Source: an uncultured Candidatus Entotheonella sp. (GTDB lineage Bacteria; Tectomicrobia; Entotheonellia; Entotheonellales; Entotheonellaceae). From it: a stretch of DNA of 64,000 bases. This document shows, one piece after another, positions 40,209 to 50,652 of this stretch. The notes under the pieces were generated by a model. The model did not search any database. It was not told the DNA's origin and was given only the letters and a program-made list of their open reading frames with translations. The stretch is from contig CBDCDA010000002.1 in the NCBI GenBank assembly GCA_965215335.1, forward strand, positions 384,001 to 448,000, in the 5' to 3' direction. Every line of letters begins with the position of its first letter. Position 1 is the first letter of the stretch. The translations under genes and the position numbers were made by a program.

Positions 40209-42728
40209 ATGAGTACGACAACCTTACTGTCGCCCGTCAAGTCACTGACCACCACGTATGACCGTGAGCGCTTCGACGACGTCGGTTTCATGACCTGCAT
40301 GACCCTGGTGATGATGGGCAACTACGCCCAGACGGGACATTTTGGCGGGCCGCTGGCCTATACGCCGTACAACGTCGCGCTGCACCTTGCCGGGCCGGAC
40401 CTGGGCGGCCTGCGGTACGATTACCGCCGCCCCAAGCACCCGTTCTGCGACAAGTTCATGCTCGCCGGCGGGCACAATGTCCCCACCTCCTACGCGCTCT
40501 GGATGATCATGGGCGAGGCGCTCGGTCGCAAGCACGCCGCCACCGGTGACGCCCGCTACCGCGTGGATCCGAACGACGCCATCCTGCCCATCGACGCCCT
40601 CGGCTTTCGGCGCGGCGCCGGCGCCTTGGCAACCCTCCTGCAGGACAACGGCCTCGACGACCACCTACTTTTCCAGCAGGCCAGACTGCGCGGCATTCGT
40701 GCCCTTGCCGGACACTCCGAAACCACCGACGTGACCAATGACGTGAACGGCGGCCCGTCCGGCATCGGCATCGCCACCGCGGCGGGCAAGGCGGCTTTCT
40801 GGAATTTCATCGGCGCGCCGGACAGCCTGAAAATCCTCGGCCTCGAGGGCGAGTTCGCCATGACCGAGGGGCACGCCCAGGAGCTCAAGACCCAGGCGGT
40901 GGCCATGCAGGTGGGCAAGCGCCTGCGCGTCCTGTTGTCGCTGAACAACGCCGGTATCGACGACACCCTGATCGGCGGCGTCATCGACGCGAAATTCGAC
41001 CGCTATCAGATCGCGGACCAGTGGACGTCTTATGGCTGGAACGTTTTCGCGCTCGACGACGGCAACGACTACGACCAGATTGTCGCCGCCCTGAAGACCA
41101 TGGAGGACTGGGACGCCAGCGACCGCCGTCCGATGATCGTGCTCGGCAGGACGGTCAAGGGCTACTGGCCGGCGGCGGTGCAGGGCAGAATTCCCGGCTA
41201 CGGCGACCAGTTGGTCAGCTACGCCAGCCACCCCTACGGCCTCAAGATGAATGGCGACTACTTCGTCGCTCTCGCCGAAACCTTCGAGAAATACTACGGC
41301 GTCGAGTTCCAGGGCATCCGGGACGGCGCGGTGAGCGACACGCGGGAGCGGCTGATCCAGTTCAAGGCCAATATCGACGTGGTGATGTCGGTGTTGGACC
41401 GCGACGGTCTGGGCGATTGGCTGGCCGACCGCCTGGTGGAAATCGGCGGCACGGTGCGCGACGATACCCCGACGCGCATCGACACGACACGCGACCCCTT
41501 CCTCGACGACCGCCTGCAGGTCCGCAACCTGCCGGTCGAGCCGCAGGCCGTTACGGTGCACAACCCGCTGTCCAAGGCCGGGAAGGAAGTGGGTATCCGG
41601 CTGTTCCGCGAGCCAGGCGAGGTGGCTGGCACGCGGCGGGCGATTTCGGAAATCATCAAGTGGGTCAACTACGTGACCGACAACCGCTTCATCACCCTGG
41701 CCGCCGACTTGTCCGAGTCGATCAACGTCGAGCACGGCAGCCTGTGGGGCCATTACCACGCTGACGACAACCCCTTGGGTACGCGTTTCAAGGCGCCGAT
41801 CCAGGAGGCCGGTAACGCCTCGTCGGCGGTCGGGCTGGTAAGCCAGAGCGCCAGCCTCGACCCGCATCAGTTCGTCGGCCTGTGGGCGCTGAGCGGCACG
41901 TACGGCGCCTTCACGCCGCTCATGTACCTGCCCGCTCGCGTGTGGAGCCAGCAGAGCCAGGACAGCCGCTTTCGCATGGGCGTGCTGCACATTCTGGCCG
42001 GCCACTCCGGGCCGGAGACGGCGGCCGACGCGCGCACCCACTTCGGCATCTTCGCGCCGCAGGTGTGGAAGCTGTTCCCGCGCGGCCAGGCCGTCCACCT
42101 CAGCTTCTGGGATTACAACGACGTGGCGCCGGGTTACTTCGCCGCGGCGGAAGTCGCGGCCCGCGACCCGAAGGTCGGCGTCATCGTCCTCGAAGTGGCG
42201 CGCCCCGATTTCCCGGTCGCCGACCGCAGCCAGTTCGCCGACACCGACCTCAAGGCGGCGGCCAAGGGCCTGTACGTCATCCGCGATTTCGCGCCGGGTC
42301 AGCCGCGGCACGGCTACGTGGTGGCGCAGGGATCCAACTCCACCGTCAATCTCGTCCGGGTCATCCCGCGCCTGGAAGCGGCAGGCGTCAACGTCAAGAT
42401 CATCGCGGCGGTGAGCGAGGACCTGTTCGACCGCCAGCCGGAGGCTTACCGCCACTCGGTGTTGCCGCCCGAGGCGCGCTACGACCTCATGATGGTGAGC
42501 ACCGGAACCCGGCGCGTGTGGGCCATCCGCGACGTCGGCCCGGTGACCGACGCATATTCGCTGACTTCCGATTGGGACAACCAGTGGCTGACCGGCGGCA
42601 CCGAGGCCGACGTTATCGCCGAGGCGCACCTGGATCCGGCGTCCATTTTCGCCGGCATCCGGCGTTTTGCCGCCGAGCGCGAGCAACGTCTGGGCAGCCA
42701 GCGCGAGTTGTTGGCGGCGCTCGGTTGA
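40209..42728 (+). CDS. Transketolase-like ThDP enzyme (long, divergent)
   Basis: GHFGG, AGGH, AGHSE, variant ThDP motif GEFAMTEG...LNNAGID, ADLSES, IQE, HSGPETAADARTH. Confidence 0.8.
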   Translation: MSTTTLLSPVKSLTTTYDRERFDDVGFMTCMTLVMMGNYAQTGHFGGPLAYTPYNVALHLAGPDLGGLRYDYRRPKHPFCDKFMLAGGHNVPTSYALWMIMGEALGRKHAATGDARYRVDPNDAILPIDALGFRRGAGALATLLQDNGLDDHLLFQQARLRGIRALAGHSETTDVTNDVNGGPSGIGIATAAGKAAFWNFIGAPDSLKILGLEGEFAMTEGHAQELKTQAVAMQVGKRLRVLLSLNNAGIDDTLIGGVIDAKFDRYQIADQWTSYGWNVFALDDGNDYDQIVAALKTMEDWDASDRRPMIVLGRTVKGYWPAAVQGRIPGYGDQLVSYASHPYGLKMNGDYFVALAETFEKYYGVEFQGIRDGAVSDTRERLIQFKANIDVVMSVLDRDGLGDWLADRLVEIGGTVRDDTPTRIDTTRDPFLDDRLQVRNLPVEPQAVTVHNPLSKAGKEVGIRLFREPGEVAGTRRAISEIIKWVNYVTDNRFITLAADLSESINVEHGSLWGHYHADDNPLGTRFKAPIQEAGNASSAVGLVSQSASLDPHQFVGLWALSGTYGAFTPLMYLPARVWSQQSQDSRFRMGVLHILAGHSGPETAADARTHFGIFAPQVWKLFPRGQAVHLSFWDYNDVAPGYFAAAEVAARDPKVGVIVLEVARPDFPVADRSQFADTDLKAAAKGLYVIRDFAPGQPRHGYVVAQGSNSTVNLVRVIPRLEAAGVNVKIIAAVSEDLFDRQPEAYRHSVLPPEARYDLMMVSTGTRRVWAIRDVGPVTDAYSLTSDWDNQWLTGGTEADVIAEAHLDPASIFAGIRRFAAEREQRLGSQRELLAALG

Positions 42729-42796
42729 GCCCGACCGCATCTCCGGTAGCACCTCAATTCCCCTCCCTTGGCGGGAGCAGATCGGGGTGAGGGGGA

Positions 42797-44812
<2,016 letters not shown>

Positions 44813-44822
44813 GAGATGCCCG

Positions 44823-46667
44823 GTGCCGGATGTCCGCGCCCAGATCGAACGCTTCCCCCGAGCGCCGGGCGTCTATCTGATGAAGAACGCCGACGGCAAG
44901 GTCGTCTACGTCGGCAAGGCCAAGAATCTGCGCGGCCGGGTGCGGCAGTACTATTCGCAGAGCGGCGACCCGCGCTTTCACATCCGCCTCGGCCTGCCCT
45001 CGGTGGTGGACATCGACTTCCTGGTCACCAGTACCGAAAAAGAAGCCCTGATCCTCGAAAACACCCTCATCAAGGAACACAAGCCGCGTTTCAACATCAA
45101 CCTGCGCGACGACAAGAACCACGTTCATCTGCGGCTCGACCCGCGACAGACGTATCCGCGCCTGATGGTGGTGCGGCGCGGCGGCACGGACAAGGCGTTG
45201 TACTTTGGACCGTATGCCTCCAGCCAGGCGGTGCGCGAGACGTTGCGCGGCCTGTACCGCGTGTTTCCCATCCGCTCGTGCACGGACGCGGTGTTCAACA
45301 GCCGTACCCGTCCGTGCCTGTACCACGAAATCGGCCAGTGCGTGGCGCCATGCGTGCCGGGCTTCACCACGGCAGAGGCGTACCGCGATTTGGTGCGGCA
45401 GGTGGTGCTGCACTTGCAGGGCAAGAGCGACGAGTTGATCAGGACACTGAAGGCCGAGATCGGCAGGGCGTCGGAGGCCCTGCGTTTTGAAGAAGCGGGG
45501 CGGCTGCACCGGCGCCTGCAGGCGGTGGAAGAGACGATGGGCAAGCAGCGCATGAACCTGTTGAAGCAGCGCGACCAGGACATTTTCGGCTACCACCGCG
45601 CCGGCGATACGGTGCAGGTCCAGACGCTCAACGTGCGCAGTGGTCAGCTCGTCGGCGGCCGCGCCTATACGTTCACGCGGCAGCTCGTACCGGAGGTCGA
45701 GGTGCTGAGCTCGTTCATCAATCAGTACTACACCACCAACCCGCACATCCCGCGCGAAGTGCTGCTGCCGTGTGATCTGGAGGACGCCGACTCACTGGCC
45801 GAACTGCTCAGCGAACAGAAGGGCCGCCAGGTGTTCGTGCGCGTGCCGCGCAAGGGGGACAAGCAGCATCTGGTGCGGTTGGCCATGACGAACGCCCGGC
45901 TGTCGTATGAGAAGGAGCAGGATGCCGAGGAGCAGCAACGGAGGGCTCTGGAAGACCTGCAAAGGCGGCTGCGCCTGCGGGCGATGCCGCGTCGCATCGA
46001 GTGTTTCGACATTTCCAACATCAGCGGCACGCAGTCGGTAGGGTCGATGGTGTGCTTCCAGGACGGGCAGCCGGACAAGCAGCGGTACCGGCGCTATCGT
46101 ATTCGCACTCTGGAAGGGCCGAACGACTTCGGCATGATGCTGGAGGTGCTGCGGCGGCGCTACCGGCGGGGGCTGGCGGAGGACGACCTGCCGGACCTGC
46201 TCATGGTGGACGGTGGCAAGGGGCAGTTGAGCATGGCGGTGCGCATTCTGGAGGAGCTGGGGCTGAGCGAGCTGGAGGTGGTCGGCATTGCCAAGAGCCG
46301 TCTGCAGGTGGACGAGGCGAGCGGCGAGCGGCGGCACAGCGATGAGAAGTTTTACCGTCCGGGCCGCAAGAACGCGGTCATCTTTCCGAACCACGCGCCG
46401 GCTCTGTTCTTGTTGCAGCGCGTGCGCGACGAGGCTCACCGCTTTGCCGTGACGTATCACAAGAAACTGCGCAGCAAGCAGCGGCTGTACTCCAGCCTGG
46501 AGGACATTGCCGGGGTGGGTGAGAAGCGCAAGGTACAGCTCCTGCGGCACTTCGGCAGCCTGAAGCAGGTGCGCGAGGCCTCCCTGGATGACCTGCAAGC
46601 CGTGCCCGGCGTGCCGCAGCGAGTCGCTGCGGCGGTGTACGAGGCGCTGCACGGCGGAACAGAGTAG
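44823..46667 (+). CDS. uvrC: Excinuclease ABC subunit C
   Basis: GIY-YIG (GVY...YVGKAKNL), ECFDISN, DGGKGQ, RDEAHRFA, HhH C-terminus. Confidence 0.98.
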   Translation: MPDVRAQIERFPRAPGVYLMKNADGKVVYVGKAKNLRGRVRQYYSQSGDPRFHIRLGLPSVVDIDFLVTSTEKEALILENTLIKEHKPRFNINLRDDKNHVHLRLDPRQTYPRLMVVRRGGTDKALYFGPYASSQAVRETLRGLYRVFPIRSCTDAVFNSRTRPCLYHEIGQCVAPCVPGFTTAEAYRDLVRQVVLHLQGKSDELIRTLKAEIGRASEALRFEEAGRLHRRLQAVEETMGKQRMNLLKQRDQDIFGYHRAGDTVQVQTLNVRSGQLVGGRAYTFTRQLVPEVEVLSSFINQYYTTNPHIPREVLLPCDLEDADSLAELLSEQKGRQVFVRVPRKGDKQHLVRLAMTNARLSYEKEQDAEEQQRRALEDLQRRLRLRAMPRRIECFDISNISGTQSVGSMVCFQDGQPDKQRYRRYRIRTLEGPNDFGMMLEVLRRRYRRGLAEDDLPDLLMVDGGKGQLSMAVRILEELGLSELEVVGIAKSRLQVDEASGERRHSDEKFYRPGRKNAVIFPNHAPALFLLQRVRDEAHRFAVTYHKKLRSKQRLYSSLEDIAGVGEKRKVQLLRHFGSLKQVREASLDDLQAVPGVPQRVAAAVYEALHGGTE

Positions 46668-46705
46668 GTCGGATTCGCGAAGCGAGACGCTTCACGAGCC
46701 GTGCG

Positions 46706-47365
46706 TCACGGTTCACGGTACGCGCGCCGGGCCCAGGCGGCGAACGTCGTGACGGCCAACCCCTGGCCGAGCGCCAGCATCCACCAGCGGTAGGTCGTGG
46801 GAATCCACTCGCTGAGCAGGGCGCCGTGGTCCGGCAGCCGCGGCAGCACGTCGAGCGTGAACGATGCGATGATGATGAGGCAGGCTGCCACCTGGGCTGC
46901 CCAGATGTGCTTCCCCGCCGCCGGCACGGCGCCGCGTTGCTCCAGATGCAGCAGCACCAGCCCCATGCCGGTCATCGTGCCGGCGACGCTGACCGGGGCC
47001 ACGACTGGCCCGACCCACGGCACCGGGATGAGGAAGAGCACGTCCCAGGTGAGCAGCGAGGCGGGCCAGCCGAGCACCGCCTTGAGCCACACGTAGTAGA
47101 AAATGTCCCAGACGCCGAACGCGATGATGAAATTGGCCAGCTTCCCCGCCCTGGTGCGCCCGGCGGCGAGGCCGTAAGCGGCCAGCATGACGAGGGTGGC
47201 GGCCTCGCGTTCGAGTTCCAGCAGCAGGGTCGGCGTGTCGATGATGACCAGCGGAAAGCCGAAGCCGTCGGGATAGTACAGGCGCCGCAGGTACACGACG
47301 ATCATGGTTTCGACGTGCGCCATGGCGATGGCGAACGCCGACACGGTGAGAACCGCTGGCCACAT
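46706..47365 (-). CDS. Conserved hypothetical membrane protein
   Basis: VVYLR, REAATLVML, FGVWDIFYY, WDVLFLIPVPW; several TM segments. Confidence 0.75.
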   Translation of the reverse strand: MWPAVLTVSAFAIAMAHVETMIVVYLRRLYYPDGFGFPLVIIDTPTLLLELEREAATLVMLAAYGLAAGRTRAGKLANFIIAFGVWDIFYYVWLKAVLGWPASLLTWDVLFLIPVPWVGPVVAPVSVAGTMTGMGLVLLHLEQRGAVPAAGKHIWAAQVAACLIIIASFTLDVLPRLPDHGALLSEWIPTTYRWWMLALGQGLAVTTFAAWARRAYREP

Positions 47366-47393
47366 TGCCGGTCATCCTTCCTTGAGGACTGTG

Positions 47394-48782
47394 ATGTCGC
47401 GCCGCCGCCGACAACCGCGCCCGTCCGCCGATCTGCCGCCCGTTGAGCCAATCGAAGGCACCCTGGAGATTACCCGTCTGGCGCACGGCGGACAAGGGGT
47501 TGGACACCTCGACGGGCTTGCCGTGTTCGTGCCGCGCACCCTGCCCGGCGACGTGGTTGACGTTCGCCTCACCGAGCAGAGGAAGCGCCATGCCTTTGCG
47601 GAACTGCTCGCGCTGCGCAGGGCGTCGCCGTTGCGGGTGGCGGCGCCGTGTCCCCTGTACGACCGCTGCGGCGGCTGCCACTTGCAGCACCTCGGGTACG
47701 ACGATCAGTTGGCCAACAAGGCCCGACAGGTGCGCGACTGCCTGACGCGCATCGGCAAGCTGCCCGACGCGCCCATTTTGCCGCCGCTGGCGAGCCCGCA
47801 GCCGTTTGGGTATCGCAACAAGGCTCTCTACCACTACGACGCGGCCAGCAATGCCCTCGGGCTGATCGAACGCGGCGGTTTCGCCGTGCTCGACGTGCCG
47901 CAGTGCCGCATTGGCGACGCGCGCATCGACGCGGTGATGGCGCGGCTGCGCGGCCTGGCGGGGCAAGAGCCGGCGCTGCGGCGGGTGCTGCATCAGGTGC
48001 AGGTTCAGGTGGGGCAGCGCACCGGGGAGGTGTTGGTCACGGTCATCGTGCGGCATGAGATGCCGGTGCCCGTGCAGCGCCAGCTTTGGGAAAGCCTGCG
48101 CGATCTGGCTACTGGCTTGCTGACGCACCGCAAGGCGACAACGACGCCGGCCGTTTTCGGCGGCGCTACGACCCACGTCGCCGGTAGCGCCGTTATCCAC
48201 GAACGCATCGGCGACCTGCGGTTTCATGTCGAGCCGGGGGCTTTTTTCCAGGTCAACAGCGCGCAGACCGAACAATTATACGGATTGGTACGGGCCGCCG
48301 CCCGGCTGCGGCCCGATGACGTTGTTCTCGACCTGTACAGCGGTGGCGGCTCGATTGCGTTGACCCTGGCGCCGCATTGCGCGGTGGTGCATGCCGTCGA
48401 GAGCAGCCGTCAGGCAACGCTCCTCGCCGCTCGGCAGGCGGCTGCGCTTGGCATCGCCAACTGCGAATTTCGCACCGGAAAAGTGGAGCGCATTCTGTAC
48501 CGCTACCTGGCCCAAGGCATCCGCGCCCGCGTCGCCGTGCTCGATCCCCCGCGCGCCGGCTGCCGCCCTCGAGCCCTGGAGGCTCTCGCCAAGATGCGCG
48601 TTTCCCGGCTCGTCTACGTCTCGTGCAGTCCCCCGACCCTCGCCCGCGACCTGCGCCTGCTGGCCGACCTCGGTTACCGCACCGAGAACGTCCAGCCGCT
48701 GGACATGTTTCCGCAGACCTACCACGTCGAATGCCTGGCCGCCCTCAGCCGCGCGGCGTCACCCGATCCGCAGGAGGCTTGA
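47394..48782 (+). CDS. rlmD: 23S rRNA (uracil-C5)-methyltransferase, RlmD/TrmA family
   Basis: TRAM domain, CxxYxxCGGC Fe-S motif, FFQVN, DLYSGGG, DPPRAG, YVSC, DMFPQTYHVE. Confidence 0.92.
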   Translation: MSRRRRQPRPSADLPPVEPIEGTLEITRLAHGGQGVGHLDGLAVFVPRTLPGDVVDVRLTEQRKRHAFAELLALRRASPLRVAAPCPLYDRCGGCHLQHLGYDDQLANKARQVRDCLTRIGKLPDAPILPPLASPQPFGYRNKALYHYDAASNALGLIERGGFAVLDVPQCRIGDARIDAVMARLRGLAGQEPALRRVLHQVQVQVGQRTGEVLVTVIVRHEMPVPVQRQLWESLRDLATGLLTHRKATTTPAVFGGATTHVAGSAVIHERIGDLRFHVEPGAFFQVNSAQTEQLYGLVRAAARLRPDDVVLDLYSGGGSIALTLAPHCAVVHAVESSRQATLLAARQAAALGIANCEFRTGKVERILYRYLAQGIRARVAVLDPPRAGCRPRALEALAKMRVSRLVYVSCSPPTLARDLRLLADLGYRTENVQPLDMFPQTYHVECLAALSRAASPDPQEA

Positions 48783-48862
48783 TGCTGTGCTACAATCCTG
48801 GCGCGCCGCAGCGCAGCGCTGCGGCGCCAGATCATGCCCACAACCTCATGAGGAATGCCGCC

Positions 48863-49126
48863 ATGCGCGTATCACGGGAAGCCTTCCTGGCCCCCTGGCA
48901 GGCCGCCGACTATGCCGGGCTGAAGCTCGAGGCGATCTACGAAATGCTCGAATCGGGAGAGTTGACCGGGGAGCAGGCCGACGGACGCTGGCGCGTCCGC
49001 AAGTCGGTGCTGGATGCCTGGCTGGACGCCGAGGTCGAGCCGGAGGAACTGGAGCGCTTGACCACCAGGATGAGCCGCCTGACGGAAGAGCAGGCGAAAC
49101 AGGTTCTGGAGCAGGCCCAAGGCTAG
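48863..49126 (+). CDS. Small excisionase-like (HTH_17/MerR-type) DNA-binding protein
   Basis: QAADYAG...IYEMLESGELTG...GRWRVRKSVLDAWL. Confidence 0.7.
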   Translation: MRVSREAFLAPWQAADYAGLKLEAIYEMLESGELTGEQADGRWRVRKSVLDAWLDAEVEPEELERLTTRMSRLTEEQAKQVLEQAQG

Positions 49127-49147
49127 CGGCCGGGAAGGAAACCATCC

Positions 49148-50011
49148 ATGTTGCTGTCCGAACGCCGCCAACGTTACCGGCGGGTATTGGCGGGGGACGC
49201 CTGCGTCTACCCGGCGTCGGTATTCGATCCCATGTCGGCCTGCATGGCCGAGTCGCTCGGCTACGAGGTGGGCATGCTGGCGGGCTCCGTCGCCTCGGCG
49301 ACGGTGCTGGGAGCGCCGGACCTTGTCGTGCTCACCCTGACTGAATTTGCCGAGCAAATCCGCCGCATCGCGCGTGCCAGTTCCCTCAGCCTGATGGTGG
49401 ATGCTGATCACGGCTACGGTAACGCCCTGAACGTCATGCGCACCGTCGAGGAGCTGGAAACGGCTGGCGTCGCGGCGCTGACCATCGAGGACACCTTGCT
49501 GCCGGCTGCGTTTGGCGGCGAGGGCGAGGGGCTGATCGGCGTTCCGGAGATGCTTGGAAAACTGCGGGCGGCGGTGGCGGCGCGCCAGGATCCCTCGCTG
49601 GTCATCATTGGCCGCACCAGTGCGCTGCGTCACGGCGGCATAGAGGAAGCCGTCCGCCGTTTGCAAGCCTGCCAGGCTACCGGCGTGGACGCCTTTTTCA
49701 TCGTCGGCGCCCGCGAACGCGCCGAAGTCGAGGCCATCCACGCTGCCACCTCACTGCCGTTGATGCTGGGCGGTAGCCCAGCGGCGCTGTGGTCCGACCT
49801 GCCGTTCCTGAACGCCCACCGCGTGCGTATCGCCCTGCAAGGCCACGCGCCGTTCTATGCCGCCGCGCAAGCCGTGTACGACGTGCTCAAGCACTTCAAG
49901 GCTGGCGGCACGCCAGCCGATCTCGAGACCCCGGTTGCCGCGGGGGACGTGCTGGCAACGGCGCTCCGGCAGGACGACTATGCCGGCTGGCAGGATTCGT
50001 ATTTGCGTTAG
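49148..50011 (+). CDS. Isocitrate lyase/PEP mutase family, oxaloacetate decarboxylase-like
   Basis: PASVFDPMSA, LAGS, PDL, VDADHGYGNALNV, TIEDTLLP, IIGRT. Confidence 0.88.
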   Translation: MLLSERRQRYRRVLAGDACVYPASVFDPMSACMAESLGYEVGMLAGSVASATVLGAPDLVVLTLTEFAEQIRRIARASSLSLMVDADHGYGNALNVMRTVEELETAGVAALTIEDTLLPAAFGGEGEGLIGVPEMLGKLRAAVAARQDPSLVIIGRTSALRHGGIEEAVRRLQACQATGVDAFFIVGARERAEVEAIHAATSLPLMLGGSPAALWSDLPFLNAHRVRIALQGHAPFYAAAQAVYDVLKHFKAGGTPADLETPVAAGDVLATALRQDDYAGWQDSYLR

Positions 50012-50046
50012 GGGCTTGCAGCAAGATGACCACCAGCTTCAATCAG

Positions 50047-50610
50047 ATCAATCCTTATGGCATCTATGATATGGGAGGCAACGAAGCATGGGTCAGTGTT
50101 GGGTGTGACCACGACACGCCGGCGTTCGCGGTGGCCTCGCTGCGGCGGTGGTGGGACGAGATGGGCAAGCGTCGCTACTCCGAGGCTCGTGAGCTATTCA
50201 TCACTGCCGATGCGGGCGGTAGCAACGGGTATCGCTGTCGCGCCTGGAAGCACGGACTGCAACAGTTTGCCGACGAGACGGGTGTGCGCATCCACGTCAG
50301 CCACTTCCCGCCCGGTACCAGCAAATGGAACAAGATCGAGCATCGTCTGTTCTGCCACATCACGCAGAATTGGCGAGGCAAGCCGTTGCGGACCTTTGAG
50401 ACCATAGTCGATTTGATCGGCAATACGCGTACCAACGCAGGTCTTCGGGTCAGAGCCGAACTTGACGCAAGAACATACCCGACCGCAGTGGTGACGACGA
50501 ACGCCGAGATGGACGCCCTGTCGCTCCATCGCAACGCGTTCCACGGCGACTGGAACTATGAGTTACACCCACGATGAAGTTGGAAACCTAAATTGGATCA
50601 AATTCCTAAC
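50047..50610 (+). mobile_element. ISAzo13-family transposase, C-terminal remnant
   Basis: PYGIYD...WVSVGCDHDTPAFAV...ITADAGGSNGYR...HFPPGTSKWNKIEHRLF...HGDWNY (stop at 50577); N-terminal half absent. Confidence 0.85.
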
Positions 50611-50652
50611 CTGCCACCATTTAGGAACAGACTCTCATACCGAGACCATCCC

